64,000 nt of DNA from contig CAVZQC010000002.1 of assembly GCA_963777315.1 (NCBI GenBank), positions 288,001 through 352,000 of the forward strand, read 5' to 3'. Shown piece after piece: positions 56,449-64,000 of the stretch; position 1 is the stretch's first letter, and the number at the start of each line of letters is the position of its first letter. The position numbers were made by a program, and so were the translations under genes. Origin of the DNA: Vulcanimicrobiota bacterium (lineage in GTDB: Bacteria > Vulcanimicrobiota > Vulcanimicrobiia > Vulcanimicrobiales > Vulcanimicrobiaceae). The notes under the pieces are model-generated. The model was not told where the DNA came from. It was given only the letters and a program-made list of their open reading frames with translations, and ran no database searches.

Positions 56449-57219
56449 TCACTTCAGTAGTATGCCGCGCTGTGATTCGCCTTCCAAAAACTCGAGCATG
56501 TGGCGCCCGGAATCGGTATTGACCTCGGTGCGCATGGCTTCAATGGTTTGCGACAGCTTGCGCTTGGAGCCGTTGAGCAGTTTGTAGAGTTTTTTGATTT
56601 CGGCTCGTTCGCGCTCGCTGAAGTTGGCTCGGCGCAGGCCGATGCTGTTGAGCCCATAGGGCGTGGCCGGATTGCCTTCGACCAAAAAAAACGGCGGTAC
56701 GTCGCGGGTCACCTTCGAATCGCCGCCGACGAAAGCATAGCGCCCCACGCGAACGAACTGATGCAGCCCGGCCATGCCCGCGATCGAAGCGTTGTCTTCG
56801 ATGATGCAGTGACCGGCCAGCTGCGCAAGGTTGCTCATCGTGATGCCGTTGCCCAAGGTGCAATTGTGCGCGACGTGCACGTACGCGAGCAGCAGGCAGT
56901 CATCGCCCACGCACGTGGCCTGGTCTTCGCCGGTCGCGCGTTGAATGCTCACGTATTCGCGCACGGTCGTGCGGGAGCCGATGCGCGTGTACGCCCGTTC
57001 GCCCATGTATTTTTTGTCCTGCGAGGCGGCGCCGACCGTTGCGAACGGGTAGATGAGGCAGTCTTCGCCGATGGTCGTCCACCCGTTGACCACGACATGC
57101 GCCTGCAGTACCGTGCCGCGCCCGATCGAAACGTTTTCCCCGACGACGCAGTACGGCCCGATCTCGACGCCCCGGTCCAGCTTCGCGCTGGGATGTACGA
57201 TGGCGGTAGGATGGATCAC
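56449..57219 (-). CDS. lpxA: UDP-GlcNAc O-acyltransferase LpxA
   Basis: IHPTAIV hexapeptide repeats, QDKKY, IQRAT, HVAHNC, LAGH, HQF, GLNSIGLRR. Confidence 0.95.
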   Translation of the reverse strand: MIHPTAIVHPSAKLDRGVEIGPYCVVGENVSIGRGTVLQAHVVVNGWTTIGEDCLIYPFATVGAASQDKKYMGERAYTRIGSRTTVREYVSIQRATGEDQATCVGDDCLLLAYVHVAHNCTLGNGITMSNLAQLAGHCIIEDNASIAGMAGLHQFVRVGRYAFVGGDSKVTRDVPPFFLVEGNPATPYGLNSIGLRRANFSERERAEIKKLYKLLNGSKRKLSQTIEAMRTEVNTDSGRHMLEFLEGESQRGILLK

Positions 57220-57689
57220 TGATGCAGAACCGCCGCGTCGAACCCGAACAGACGCGGATCGGACGCGATCGAAAACATCAACTCGGCGGAAACGACGAAC
57301 TGATCCTCGACGCGGCCTTCGGCATGCACCCAGCCGATGTTTCGCTTGTGTTTGGTCAGCGTTACTTCCATCGTAAAGCGGTCTCCGGGCACGACCGGAC
57401 GGCGAAACTTGGCCGAATCGATGCCCGCCAGATACGGCGTCTTGCGCGAGAACTCGCCCGGTTCGAGCACGACGCATCCGCCCAGCTGCGCGAGCGCTTC
57501 TATCATGTAGACGCCGGGAAGCAGCGGGTTGCCGGGAAAGTGCCCGGTGAAGACCGGTTCGGTTGCGGTGACGTTTTTGTATCCGACGGCCCGCACGCCC
57601 GGCTCCAAATACGTTATGCGATCGACCAGCAAAATCGGATAGCGGTGCGGCAGAATTTCCATAATCTGCCGGATGTCCAGCTCGGCCAC
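57216..57689 (-). CDS. fabZ: 3-hydroxyacyl-ACP dehydratase FabZ
   Basis: LPHRYPILLVD, GHFP..P..PGV..EALAQ, FRRPVVPGD. Confidence 0.95.
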   Translation of the reverse strand: MAELDIRQIMEILPHRYPILLVDRITYLEPGVRAVGYKNVTATEPVFTGHFPGNPLLPGVYMIEALAQLGGCVVLEPGEFSRKTPYLAGIDSAKFRRPVVPGDRFTMEVTLTKHKRNIGWVHAEGRVEDQFVVSAELMFSIASDPRLFGFDAAVLHQ

Positions 57690-57691
57690 CG

Positions 57692-58534
57692 CTATTGAAC
57701 GCCCGCGGAGGGCAGTTTGGTCTGCATGCCGCGGCGCAGCTGGGCGGTTGCGATGCAGTGCAGCTTGTGACCGCTCTTGACGGCGACGATCTCGCATTGC
57801 GGCCACGCGCCCAGCAGCGCGACGTCGCCGAGCAGATCGAGCACCTTGTGGCGCACGGGCTCGTTGTCCCAGCGCATCGGCTGCATGGGGCCGTCAGGCG
57901 CGAACACCAAAGCGTTTTCCAGCGTGCCGCCGCGCGCGAGGCCGCGTTCGCGCAGCGCTTCGACTTCGTGCAGATAGCCGAAGGTGCGCGCCGGCGCGAT
58001 CTCCTTGCAGAAGAATTCCGGCGTGATTTCGCCGTCGAAATACTGCGTGCCGATCGGCGGGGCGAAATCCGCCACGAAGCGTACGCCCAGCTGCGACGCC
58101 GGCAGAACGATGACGACCCGATCCCCGTCGCGCACGAATTCCGGCGTCATCGGCACGAAGCGCGGGCGCACTTCGCGCTGCGCGACCGCGCCGACCTCGG
58201 CGAAGGCTTGCGCGAACAGTCTGGCGCTCCCATCGGCAACCGGAATCTCGGGTCCGTCGACATGGATCCGCGCGTTGGCGATCCCCATCGCAAAAATCGC
58301 GGCCAGCAAATGCTCGATCGTCGAGATCGTCGTGCCGTTCTTGCCGATCACCGTTGCGCGCGCGGTTTCCACGACGTTTTCGGCCAGCGCGGGAATCTCG
58401 ACGCCGCGCGTGACGAAGCACAGACCCGTATCCGCCGGTGCCGGCCGCACTTGCACGCGGCACGCCGCGCCCGTGTGCAGTCCGACGCCTTCGAACCGCA
58501 CGCAATCGCGCAGCGTCGTTTGGAATTCCATCAT
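57692..58534 (-). CDS. lpxC: UDP-3-O-acyl-GlcNAc deacetylase LpxC
   Basis: GVGLHTG, TIEHLLAA, DGSA, IAPARTFG, RHKVLDLLGD, KSGH. Confidence 0.95.
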   Translation of the reverse strand: MMEFQTTLRDCVRFEGVGLHTGAACRVQVRPAPADTGLCFVTRGVEIPALAENVVETARATVIGKNGTTISTIEHLLAAIFAMGIANARIHVDGPEIPVADGSARLFAQAFAEVGAVAQREVRPRFVPMTPEFVRDGDRVVIVLPASQLGVRFVADFAPPIGTQYFDGEITPEFFCKEIAPARTFGYLHEVEALRERGLARGGTLENALVFAPDGPMQPMRWDNEPVRHKVLDLLGDVALLGAWPQCEIVAVKSGHKLHCIATAQLRRGMQTKLPSAGVQ

Positions 58535-58546
58535 TCGCGCGCCGCT

Positions 58547-59596
58547 TTACGGTTCGGAATCGCCGCCGTGCTCTGCATCGTGCGGCCGCTGCTTCTCCAG
58601 GGCGTCGACACGGGCAACCAGCTTAGGCAGGCTTGCAAGCATGACCTCTCGACGCAGTTCCTGCCCGTGCGGACGCGCCGGGCGGCCGCTCACGAACGCA
58701 TCGTCGGGAACGTCTCCCCACACCGCGCTGCCCGCGCCGATTTTTGCGCGAGATCCGATTGTGATGTGTCCTTTGAATCCCGCTTGTCCGCCGACTTGAA
58801 CGTAATCGCCGATCACCGTGCTGCCCGCGAGCCCGACTTGCGCGGCCATGCCGGTGCTTCGCCCGATGCGGCAGTTGTGTCCGATTTGGCACAGGTTGTC
58901 GATCTTGGTGCCCGCGCCGATCTGCGTGCTTCCGGTTTGGGCGCGATCGATGCACGTATTGGCGCCGACTTCCACGTCGTCGCCCAGCACGACGTTGCCG
59001 ACCTGCGGGATGCGTTCGAACCGCCCCTCTACAAAAACGTAGCCGAAGCCTTCGCTGCCTACGGTCGCGCCCGGATGAAGAATGACGCGCTTGCCGATCG
59101 CGCAGCCGTCCATGACGCGCGCTTGCGGATACAGCAGCGCATCTTCTCCTAGGTCGACGCCTTCGCCGACGAACGCCCCTGCCCCAACGACGCAGCCGTC
59201 GCCGACGCGCGAACCCGCGCCGATCACCGCGTTTGCGCCGATGTACACGCCCGCGCCGATGGCCGCAGTGGGATGGACGCTGGCGGCCGGATCTTGCGAA
59301 GGAGCGGGTTTGCGAACGCGATCGAACGCGCGCAACAACCGCATGAGCGCGACGCGCGCATCGGGCACCGCGATCAGCGGCTTGCGTTCCTCGCCGTGAA
59401 TAAGGGACTGGTCCACCAGAACCGCGGCGGCGTGCGAATCCAGCGCAGCCTTCAGGTAGGCCGAACTCGTGGCGAACGTCAGCGCATCGTCGCCGGCTTG
59501 CTCGATGGCCGCAATGCGCGATATGGAAAGATCCGGCGGCCCGTGCGCGACTCCACCGGCCAGCTGCGCGAGTTCCGAGAGAGTTCCCAGGCTCAC
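58547..59596 (-). CDS. lpxD: UDP-3-O-acylglucosamine N-acyltransferase LpxD
   Basis: GSEGFGY, IPQVG, IDRA, KIDNLCQIGHN, hexapeptide repeats. Confidence 0.95.
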   Translation of the reverse strand: MSLGTLSELAQLAGGVAHGPPDLSISRIAAIEQAGDDALTFATSSAYLKAALDSHAAAVLVDQSLIHGEERKPLIAVPDARVALMRLLRAFDRVRKPAPSQDPAASVHPTAAIGAGVYIGANAVIGAGSRVGDGCVVGAGAFVGEGVDLGEDALLYPQARVMDGCAIGKRVILHPGATVGSEGFGYVFVEGRFERIPQVGNVVLGDDVEVGANTCIDRAQTGSTQIGAGTKIDNLCQIGHNCRIGRSTGMAAQVGLAGSTVIGDYVQVGGQAGFKGHITIGSRAKIGAGSAVWGDVPDDAFVSGRPARPHGQELRREVMLASLPKLVARVDALEKQRPHDAEHGGDSEP

Positions 59597-59609
59597 GAGC
59601 GCGCGGCGG

Positions 59610-60026
59610 TTACTGCGATGCCGAGGGGGCGGGCGACGGGCTCTCGGTGATCCCCATAGCCTTCTCGACGTCCGGCGTGATGTCTGTGCCGCCGTATCCC
59701 ACGAATTCTCGCGTCACGATGAGCTTGAGATTCTTCTGCTGGGCGACTTTGGCGGCGGCGCTTTTGATCTGCTGAACCAGCTGCTGCGATATCGCAGCAT
59801 ATTTGGCTTGCATCTGCGCGACGACGCGCTGTTTTTGGGCCGGAGAACCCCTTCCGGACTGCACGGCGCGCTCGTCGGCCAGCATCTGGTTGTTGGCGTT
59901 GGCGTATTGCGGCCAGTTCGACGTGATGCGCTGCACGTCGATTAGGCCCACAGGGCTCGTGCTCGCGCTGCAGCCGCCGAGGAGCGCCGCAGCCAGCGCT
60001 GCTGCGAGTATGCTGTTATTCTTCAC
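59610..60026 (-). CDS. Short Skp/OmpH-like chaperone, predicted lipoprotein
   Basis: Lipobox LGGC; VGLIDVQRI; VAQQKNLKLIV...YGGTDITPDV. Confidence 0.8.
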   Translation of the reverse strand: MKNNSILAAALAAALLGGCSASTSPVGLIDVQRITSNWPQYANANNQMLADERAVQSGRGSPAQKQRVVAQMQAKYAAISQQLVQQIKSAAAKVAQQKNLKLIVTREFVGYGGTDITPDVEKAMGITESPSPAPSASQ

Positions 60027-61321
60027 TGATGTAAGCTCTCGATGTCCTTTTCGACGTCGCCGGTGAGGTCGATTCCGCCTCCGGCAGCCTCTATGCTCAT
60101 GAATACGACCTGTAATCCGCGCTTAGCGGCGACTTGCCCGGCATCGCGCTTGATTTGATCCACCATCTTGTTGTAGAGATCGTCCCGCTGGTGCTGCAGA
60201 TCGGCCAACTCTTTGCCGGCCGCCCCCACTGCGGCGCCGTCGGCACCATGGAGTGCGGCGTACTGTGCATCCAAATCCGCTTTGGTCTGCCGGTACTGAT
60301 CGACCGTTTTCTTCGCGTCGGCGGCGAACTGCGATTTGAACTGCTTGTCGATCTGCGCGAGTTTGTCGCGCGTGGCCGCCGGCAGGCCCGAAGGCACCGC
60401 TTGGGGCGTGAGGCCCTGCAGCTGCGAGGCGACTTGCTGCGAGACCTCGTTGCGGCGCTCGGTCAGCTTGGCTCGCGTTTGGGCGTGAATCTGCTGCGCG
60501 GCGGCGGACAGTTGGCTCTGCGTGCGGTCGCTCAAACGGCGCTGATAAGCTTGCAGCGTTTGCGCGTCGCTGCGGCGTTGCGCGGCCGCAGCGTCGGCCT
60601 CTTGCCGGTCGAGCGCTGCCAATCCGTCGCGGTACTGTTTGCGCTGCGCGTCGGAAAGCGCGAGATTATTGAGCTTCATGCGCAAGTCCAGCCGCTTGGC
60701 CGCGTCCTGCTGAGCCCGTTCCAAACTGAGTTGCGATTCGTGTTCCTGCAGTTGCGTGGCGCGCTGCCGGTAGGCTTGATCGGCGCGCGCGGCGAGCTGG
60801 CCGCGCAACTGAGATACTGCAGCGCTGTCCTGCCCGACGACGCTGCGCTGGTACGCCTGCATGTCCGCATTGGCCTGCGCGGAGACTTGCTGCGCCTGCT
60901 GCGCGGAAACTTGCTGCATCTGCGCGACGGATTGCGCTCCGTTCGTCCCGGCGCCTGCCGCAGCCAGCGCCGCACGGATTGCCGCCTGTTCGCGCTGGGA
61001 ATAGTCCTGTTGTTTTTGACGAAGGATCGCATTGGCGCGATCCTGCGCTTGCGTGAGCTCGCGGTTGAGCTCGCGCGTCTGCTGCACGATTTGGGCCTGC
61101 GTGTGCGTCACGGCCGTCGGTCCGAGCGACTTGAGCGAGAGGGCGTCGATCGCATTCTGCAGCTGCGACAGCTGTCCGTACAGCGGATGCGCTTTCACTA
61201 CCTCGTCGACGCGCACGTATCCGATGCCGCGAACGTTCGGATCGTCCGGGCGCGGCTGCTGCGCGCATCCCGCCGTCGCCAGCGCCGCAAGCACCACCGC
61301 CGCAGCCTTACTTGAGCGCAT
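60023..61321 (-). CDS. Elongated Skp/OmpH-like lipoprotein with a ~350-aa Gln/Ala-rich coiled coil
   Basis: Lipobox TAGC; IGYVRVDEVVKAHP at the N-terminus; VAAKRGLQVV...GGIDLTGDV at the C-terminus. Confidence 0.7.
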   Translation of the reverse strand: MRSSKAAAVVLAALATAGCAQQPRPDDPNVRGIGYVRVDEVVKAHPLYGQLSQLQNAIDALSLKSLGPTAVTHTQAQIVQQTRELNRELTQAQDRANAILRQKQQDYSQREQAAIRAALAAAGAGTNGAQSVAQMQQVSAQQAQQVSAQANADMQAYQRSVVGQDSAAVSQLRGQLAARADQAYRQRATQLQEHESQLSLERAQQDAAKRLDLRMKLNNLALSDAQRKQYRDGLAALDRQEADAAAAQRRSDAQTLQAYQRRLSDRTQSQLSAAAQQIHAQTRAKLTERRNEVSQQVASQLQGLTPQAVPSGLPAATRDKLAQIDKQFKSQFAADAKKTVDQYRQTKADLDAQYAALHGADGAAVGAAGKELADLQHQRDDLYNKMVDQIKRDAGQVAAKRGLQVVFMSIEAAGGGIDLTGDVEKDIESLHQ

Positions 61322-62114
61322 TTTGGACATCCTGCGTGATGTCCGTGCCCCCGTAAATGACGTCCGACCGATCGACCACGAGGATCAAGTGCTTCTGCTG
61401 CGCCACCTTAGCCATTGCGGCTCGCGTCTGATCGACCAGCGGCTTGAGCGTCTTGTTTTGCTGCGCGGTGAGCGCTTTCTGATAATTCTGAAAGATCGCT
61501 TGCTGCTGCGTGGGGTTGTTCTTGGCCGACTGCATCTGCTTGAGCGCTTGCGATCGCTGCTGGTTTGCGTACTTGAGAAAATCGTCGTTGGCACTCTTGA
61601 TCTTCGGTACCTGATCGATTTGGCTTTGATCCACGAATCCTACGTCGGCGGGAGGAGGCGTGGCCACCGGGGCAACGACCGGGCCGGGGCCGTTGACCAA
61701 ATCGATGACGTTCTTGGTGATGTCCGTTCCTCCGTACACCACGATGCGCTTGTCGACGATTACGCCCAAATGTTGGTTGGAGCTGACTTGCGCGATTGCA
61801 GCTTGCGCGCGGCCGAACAGCGGTCCGAGCAGTTCGCGCTGCTTGTCCAAAAAGCGCTGCTGAAACTGGCCCGCAATGCGCTGGCGATCGGCATCGTTGT
61901 GCGCGCCTCTCATGGCCGAAGCGAACTGTCCGTCGAGCTGCACCTTGTACCGTGCAACCTGCGAATTGGCTCGCGCAAACTGGGGCAACGCGCCGATGGC
62001 TGCTTGATCGACGTAGCCCACGTCGGTCAGGTCCGCGGCAAGCGCGATCGGGGCCGCCATGAACGCCGCGATCGCCGCGGCCGCCAGAAACGGTGTGATC
62101 TTACGAATCTTCAT
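61308..62114 (-). CDS. Skp/OmpH chaperone with two tandem OmpH domains
   Basis: Sec signal ending in ALA; DVG[YF]VDQ twice and V[VI]YGGTDIT twice. Confidence 0.88.
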   Translation of the reverse strand: MKIRKITPFLAAAAIAAFMAAPIALAADLTDVGYVDQAAIGALPQFARANSQVARYKVQLDGQFASAMRGAHNDADRQRIAGQFQQRFLDKQRELLGPLFGRAQAAIAQVSSNQHLGVIVDKRIVVYGGTDITKNVIDLVNGPGPVVAPVATPPPADVGFVDQSQIDQVPKIKSANDDFLKYANQQRSQALKQMQSAKNNPTQQQAIFQNYQKALTAQQNKTLKPLVDQTRAAMAKVAQQKHLILVVDRSDVIYGGTDITQDVQNALK

Positions 62115-62136
62115 CGATCTTTCCAACGACTGTAGA

Positions 62137-64000
62137 TTAAAAACTCTGTCCGATGCCGAAGCTGGTGTGCGTGCCGGTGGAACCGCGCGCAAAGTCGATC
62201 CGGATCGTGTGCAGTCCGAGCTGCGGCACGTCGAAACGCAAGCCGAAGCCGTAGTCGCCGCGCCAGGCCCAATCCGCCGGGAAGCCGATGATGCGATTGG
62301 TGTAGGGGTCGAGAAGCGGCTGAGCGCCGCGCACGCGGAACCCGCCTTCGTCCACGAACAGGGCGACGCCGAACTTGCGGTCCGCGGTCAACGGCTTTCG
62401 CAGTTCGATTTGACCCAGCGCCGTATCGGTGCCGTAGAAGACCGAGTCGTATCCGCGCAGCTGCTGGTCGGAGAACGTGAACAGGTTGCTGGGCGGAATC
62501 GCGCCGGTGGACCCGCGCACCTGACCGTGGAACGCCAGCGTGGAATCTTTGAGCACCGGCAAAAACTTGGCCGCGTCGATGCTGGTTTGGGTGAAGCGGA
62601 AGTTCGATCCGAAACCGGGGGCCGAGAGCGTTTCGGATACCGATGCGGTCTGCCCGCGCCGCGGATTGAAGATGTCGTCGAGCGTTGCCGCCGGATTGGT
62701 TGAAACGCCGAACGTCACGGTGTTGAGCGTATACGGCTGACCCGTGTTGATGTTCGCAATCGAGCTCGCGACGATGCCGAAGCTGCCGGTGTTGTTGGTC
62801 AGATTGCTGAACGGTCCGGGCGAGGGTGCGATGACGATGTTCGGCTGAGTCGTTTGAAAGTAATACGGCGAAGGCACCGTGGTACTGTTGGTCACGCGCT
62901 GCGCTCCCACGCCGACCGATGCGGTTACGAAATCCGTCAAGCGGCGCCCCAGCTGCAAGCTGACGCCCTGCGATTTGGCCGTGCTGGTGGAGACGATGCC
63001 CGAAACCAGCTGCGCGTTACCGCTGGGCAGCAGGGTGACGGGAATCGGGACCGCGTTCTGACCGGGCGCGGGCGAAGGTAATGCGCTCGAGCCCAGCGCC
63101 GTCGAATACACCGGATAGAAGTACGTGTAGCCGTTGGCGAATACCGTCGCGCCGATGCTGTACTTTTGCGACTGCGGCGTGTTGCCGAAGTACGGAATGG
63201 TGATTTGCGCCTGCGTGACGTAGCTGCGCGAACCGCGCTCGAACTGCACCGATACGCCGTTGCCCGTGCCGTGCAGGTTGGTGTCCGAGTAGCCGATGGT
63301 GCCGTACAAGCCTTGCCCCGTCAGACCGCCCGAGTATCCCGCTCCGACCGAAGCCGCCGCGGTTTTCTGCTCGGTGACGATCCAGTCCAGCACCACGCAG
63401 CCCGGATCTTTCTTGGTCATCGCTTCGGGGCAAGGCTTGGGGTTCACGTCGACCTTGGAGAAAAAGCCGGTATTGTTGAGCCGCTCGATATCGCGCTGCA
63501 CGCCGTTTTTGCTCAGGATCATCCCGGGCCGTTCGTACAGCTCGCGGCGGATCACCTGATCTTTGGTCTTGGTGTTGCCGGTGATCTGCACCAATCCTAC
63601 GCGCGCGACGTAGACGTCGTACTTGACCTTGGCCGTACCGGTCTTTTCATCGATGGTCGCGGGATCGATGCCGCCTTCGAAATCGCCCACCAGCAGGTTG
63701 TATTTGTCGTACAGCTTCTGCACCGCCTGGGCGTCCTGCTGGCGCGTTTGGTCGGAATAGACTTGGCCGATTTTTGCCGTGAGCGCCGGCAGAAGCACCG
63801 TCGGCGGCAGAATCGGATCGCCGCCGATCTCGATGCCCGAGATCGTCAGACCTTCCTGGATGTCGATCGTCAGCGCGCCGGTTTTCGAATCGATTCCCAA
63901 GTTCTTGACGTGCGAAGGAATCTGACCGCCGTAGCCGATCCGGTCGTAATACGAATTGATCTTCAGAAAGTCTTGACGCAAGGTGTTGGTGTTGAGCACC
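62137..64000 (-). CDS. bamA: BamA/Omp85 outer membrane protein assembly factor (5' end beyond the window)
   Basis: POTRA motifs (ITGNTKTKDQVIRRE, RLNNTGFFSKV), barrel start VGAGYS...NLHGTG, LRGY lid motif, IRIDFA, terminal FGIGQSF. Confidence 0.93.
   Translation of the reverse strand, partial: VLNTNTLRQDFLKINSYYDRIGYGGQIPSHVKNLGIDSKTGALTIDIQEGLTISGIEIGGDPILPPTVLLPALTAKIGQVYSDQTRQQDAQAVQKLYDKYNLLVGDFEGGIDPATIDEKTGTAKVKYDVYVARVGLVQITGNTKTKDQVIRRELYERPGMILSKNGVQRDIERLNNTGFFSKVDVNPKPCPEAMTKKDPGCVVLDWIVTEQKTAAASVGAGYSGGLTGQGLYGTIGYSDTNLHGTGNGVSVQFERGSRSYVTQAQITIPYFGNTPQSQKYSIGATVFANGYTYFYPVYSTALGSSALPSPAPGQNAVPIPVTLLPSGNAQLVSGIVSTSTAKSQGVSLQLGRRLTDFVTASVGVGAQRVTNSTTVPSPYYFQTTQPNIVIAPSPGPFSNLTNNTGSFGIVASSIANINTGQPYTLNTVTFGVSTNPAATLDDIFNPRRGQTASVSETLSAPGFGSNFRFTQTSIDAAKFLPVLKDSTLAFHGQVRGSTGAIPPSNLFTFSDQQLRGYDSVFYGTDTALGQIELRKPLTADRKFGVALFVDEGGFRVRGAQPLLDPYTNRIIGFPADWAWRGDYGFGLRFDVPQLGLHTIRIDFARGSTGTHTSFGIGQSF

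Overview
A 64-kb, GC-rich core-chromosome window from a diderm bacterium. Gene content and order resemble the Terrabacteria outer-membrane cluster; Vulcanimicrobiota/Eremiobacterota is my best guess, but that is inference. From left to right: a LOG protein; a single-chain 2-oxoglutarate dehydrogenase carrying two lipoyl domains, a PSBD, the E2 core and E1; a TsdA-like dihaem cytochrome with a Tat-exported DsrE-like partner; dienelactone hydrolase, rmuC, an exported peroxiredoxin and DUF695; a GTAG-type REP/REPIN-like element; acyl-CoA dehydrogenase; an ftsE-ftsX-[PAS kinase]-[REC-GGDEF]-envC-ctpA-ctpA operon; rne; minC-minD-minD-minE-rodA with a perfect DnaA box upstream; a MoxR/DUF58/DUF4350/DUF4129/SpoIIM/RDD cluster; dnaX-ybaB-recR divergent from recQ; and a long minus-strand envelope operon (bamA, three Skp paralogues, lpxD-lpxC-fabZ-lpxA-lpxB, a metallophosphoesterase, an LpxB-related glycosyltransferase, a waaL-like ligase, lptC-lptB-lptF/G, DUF3084, yqgF). 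The best candidate for new biology is the truncated UshA-type metallophosphoesterase directly after lpxB. It has an LpxH-like GNR motif in a lipid A cluster that contains no lpxH, lpxI or lpxG, so it may be an undescribed UDP-2,3-diacylglucosamine hydrolase. Four single-base insertions between 10.8 and 18.5 kb break three genes and are probably sequencing errors. I saw no rRNA, tRNA, CRISPR array, transposase or phage genes.
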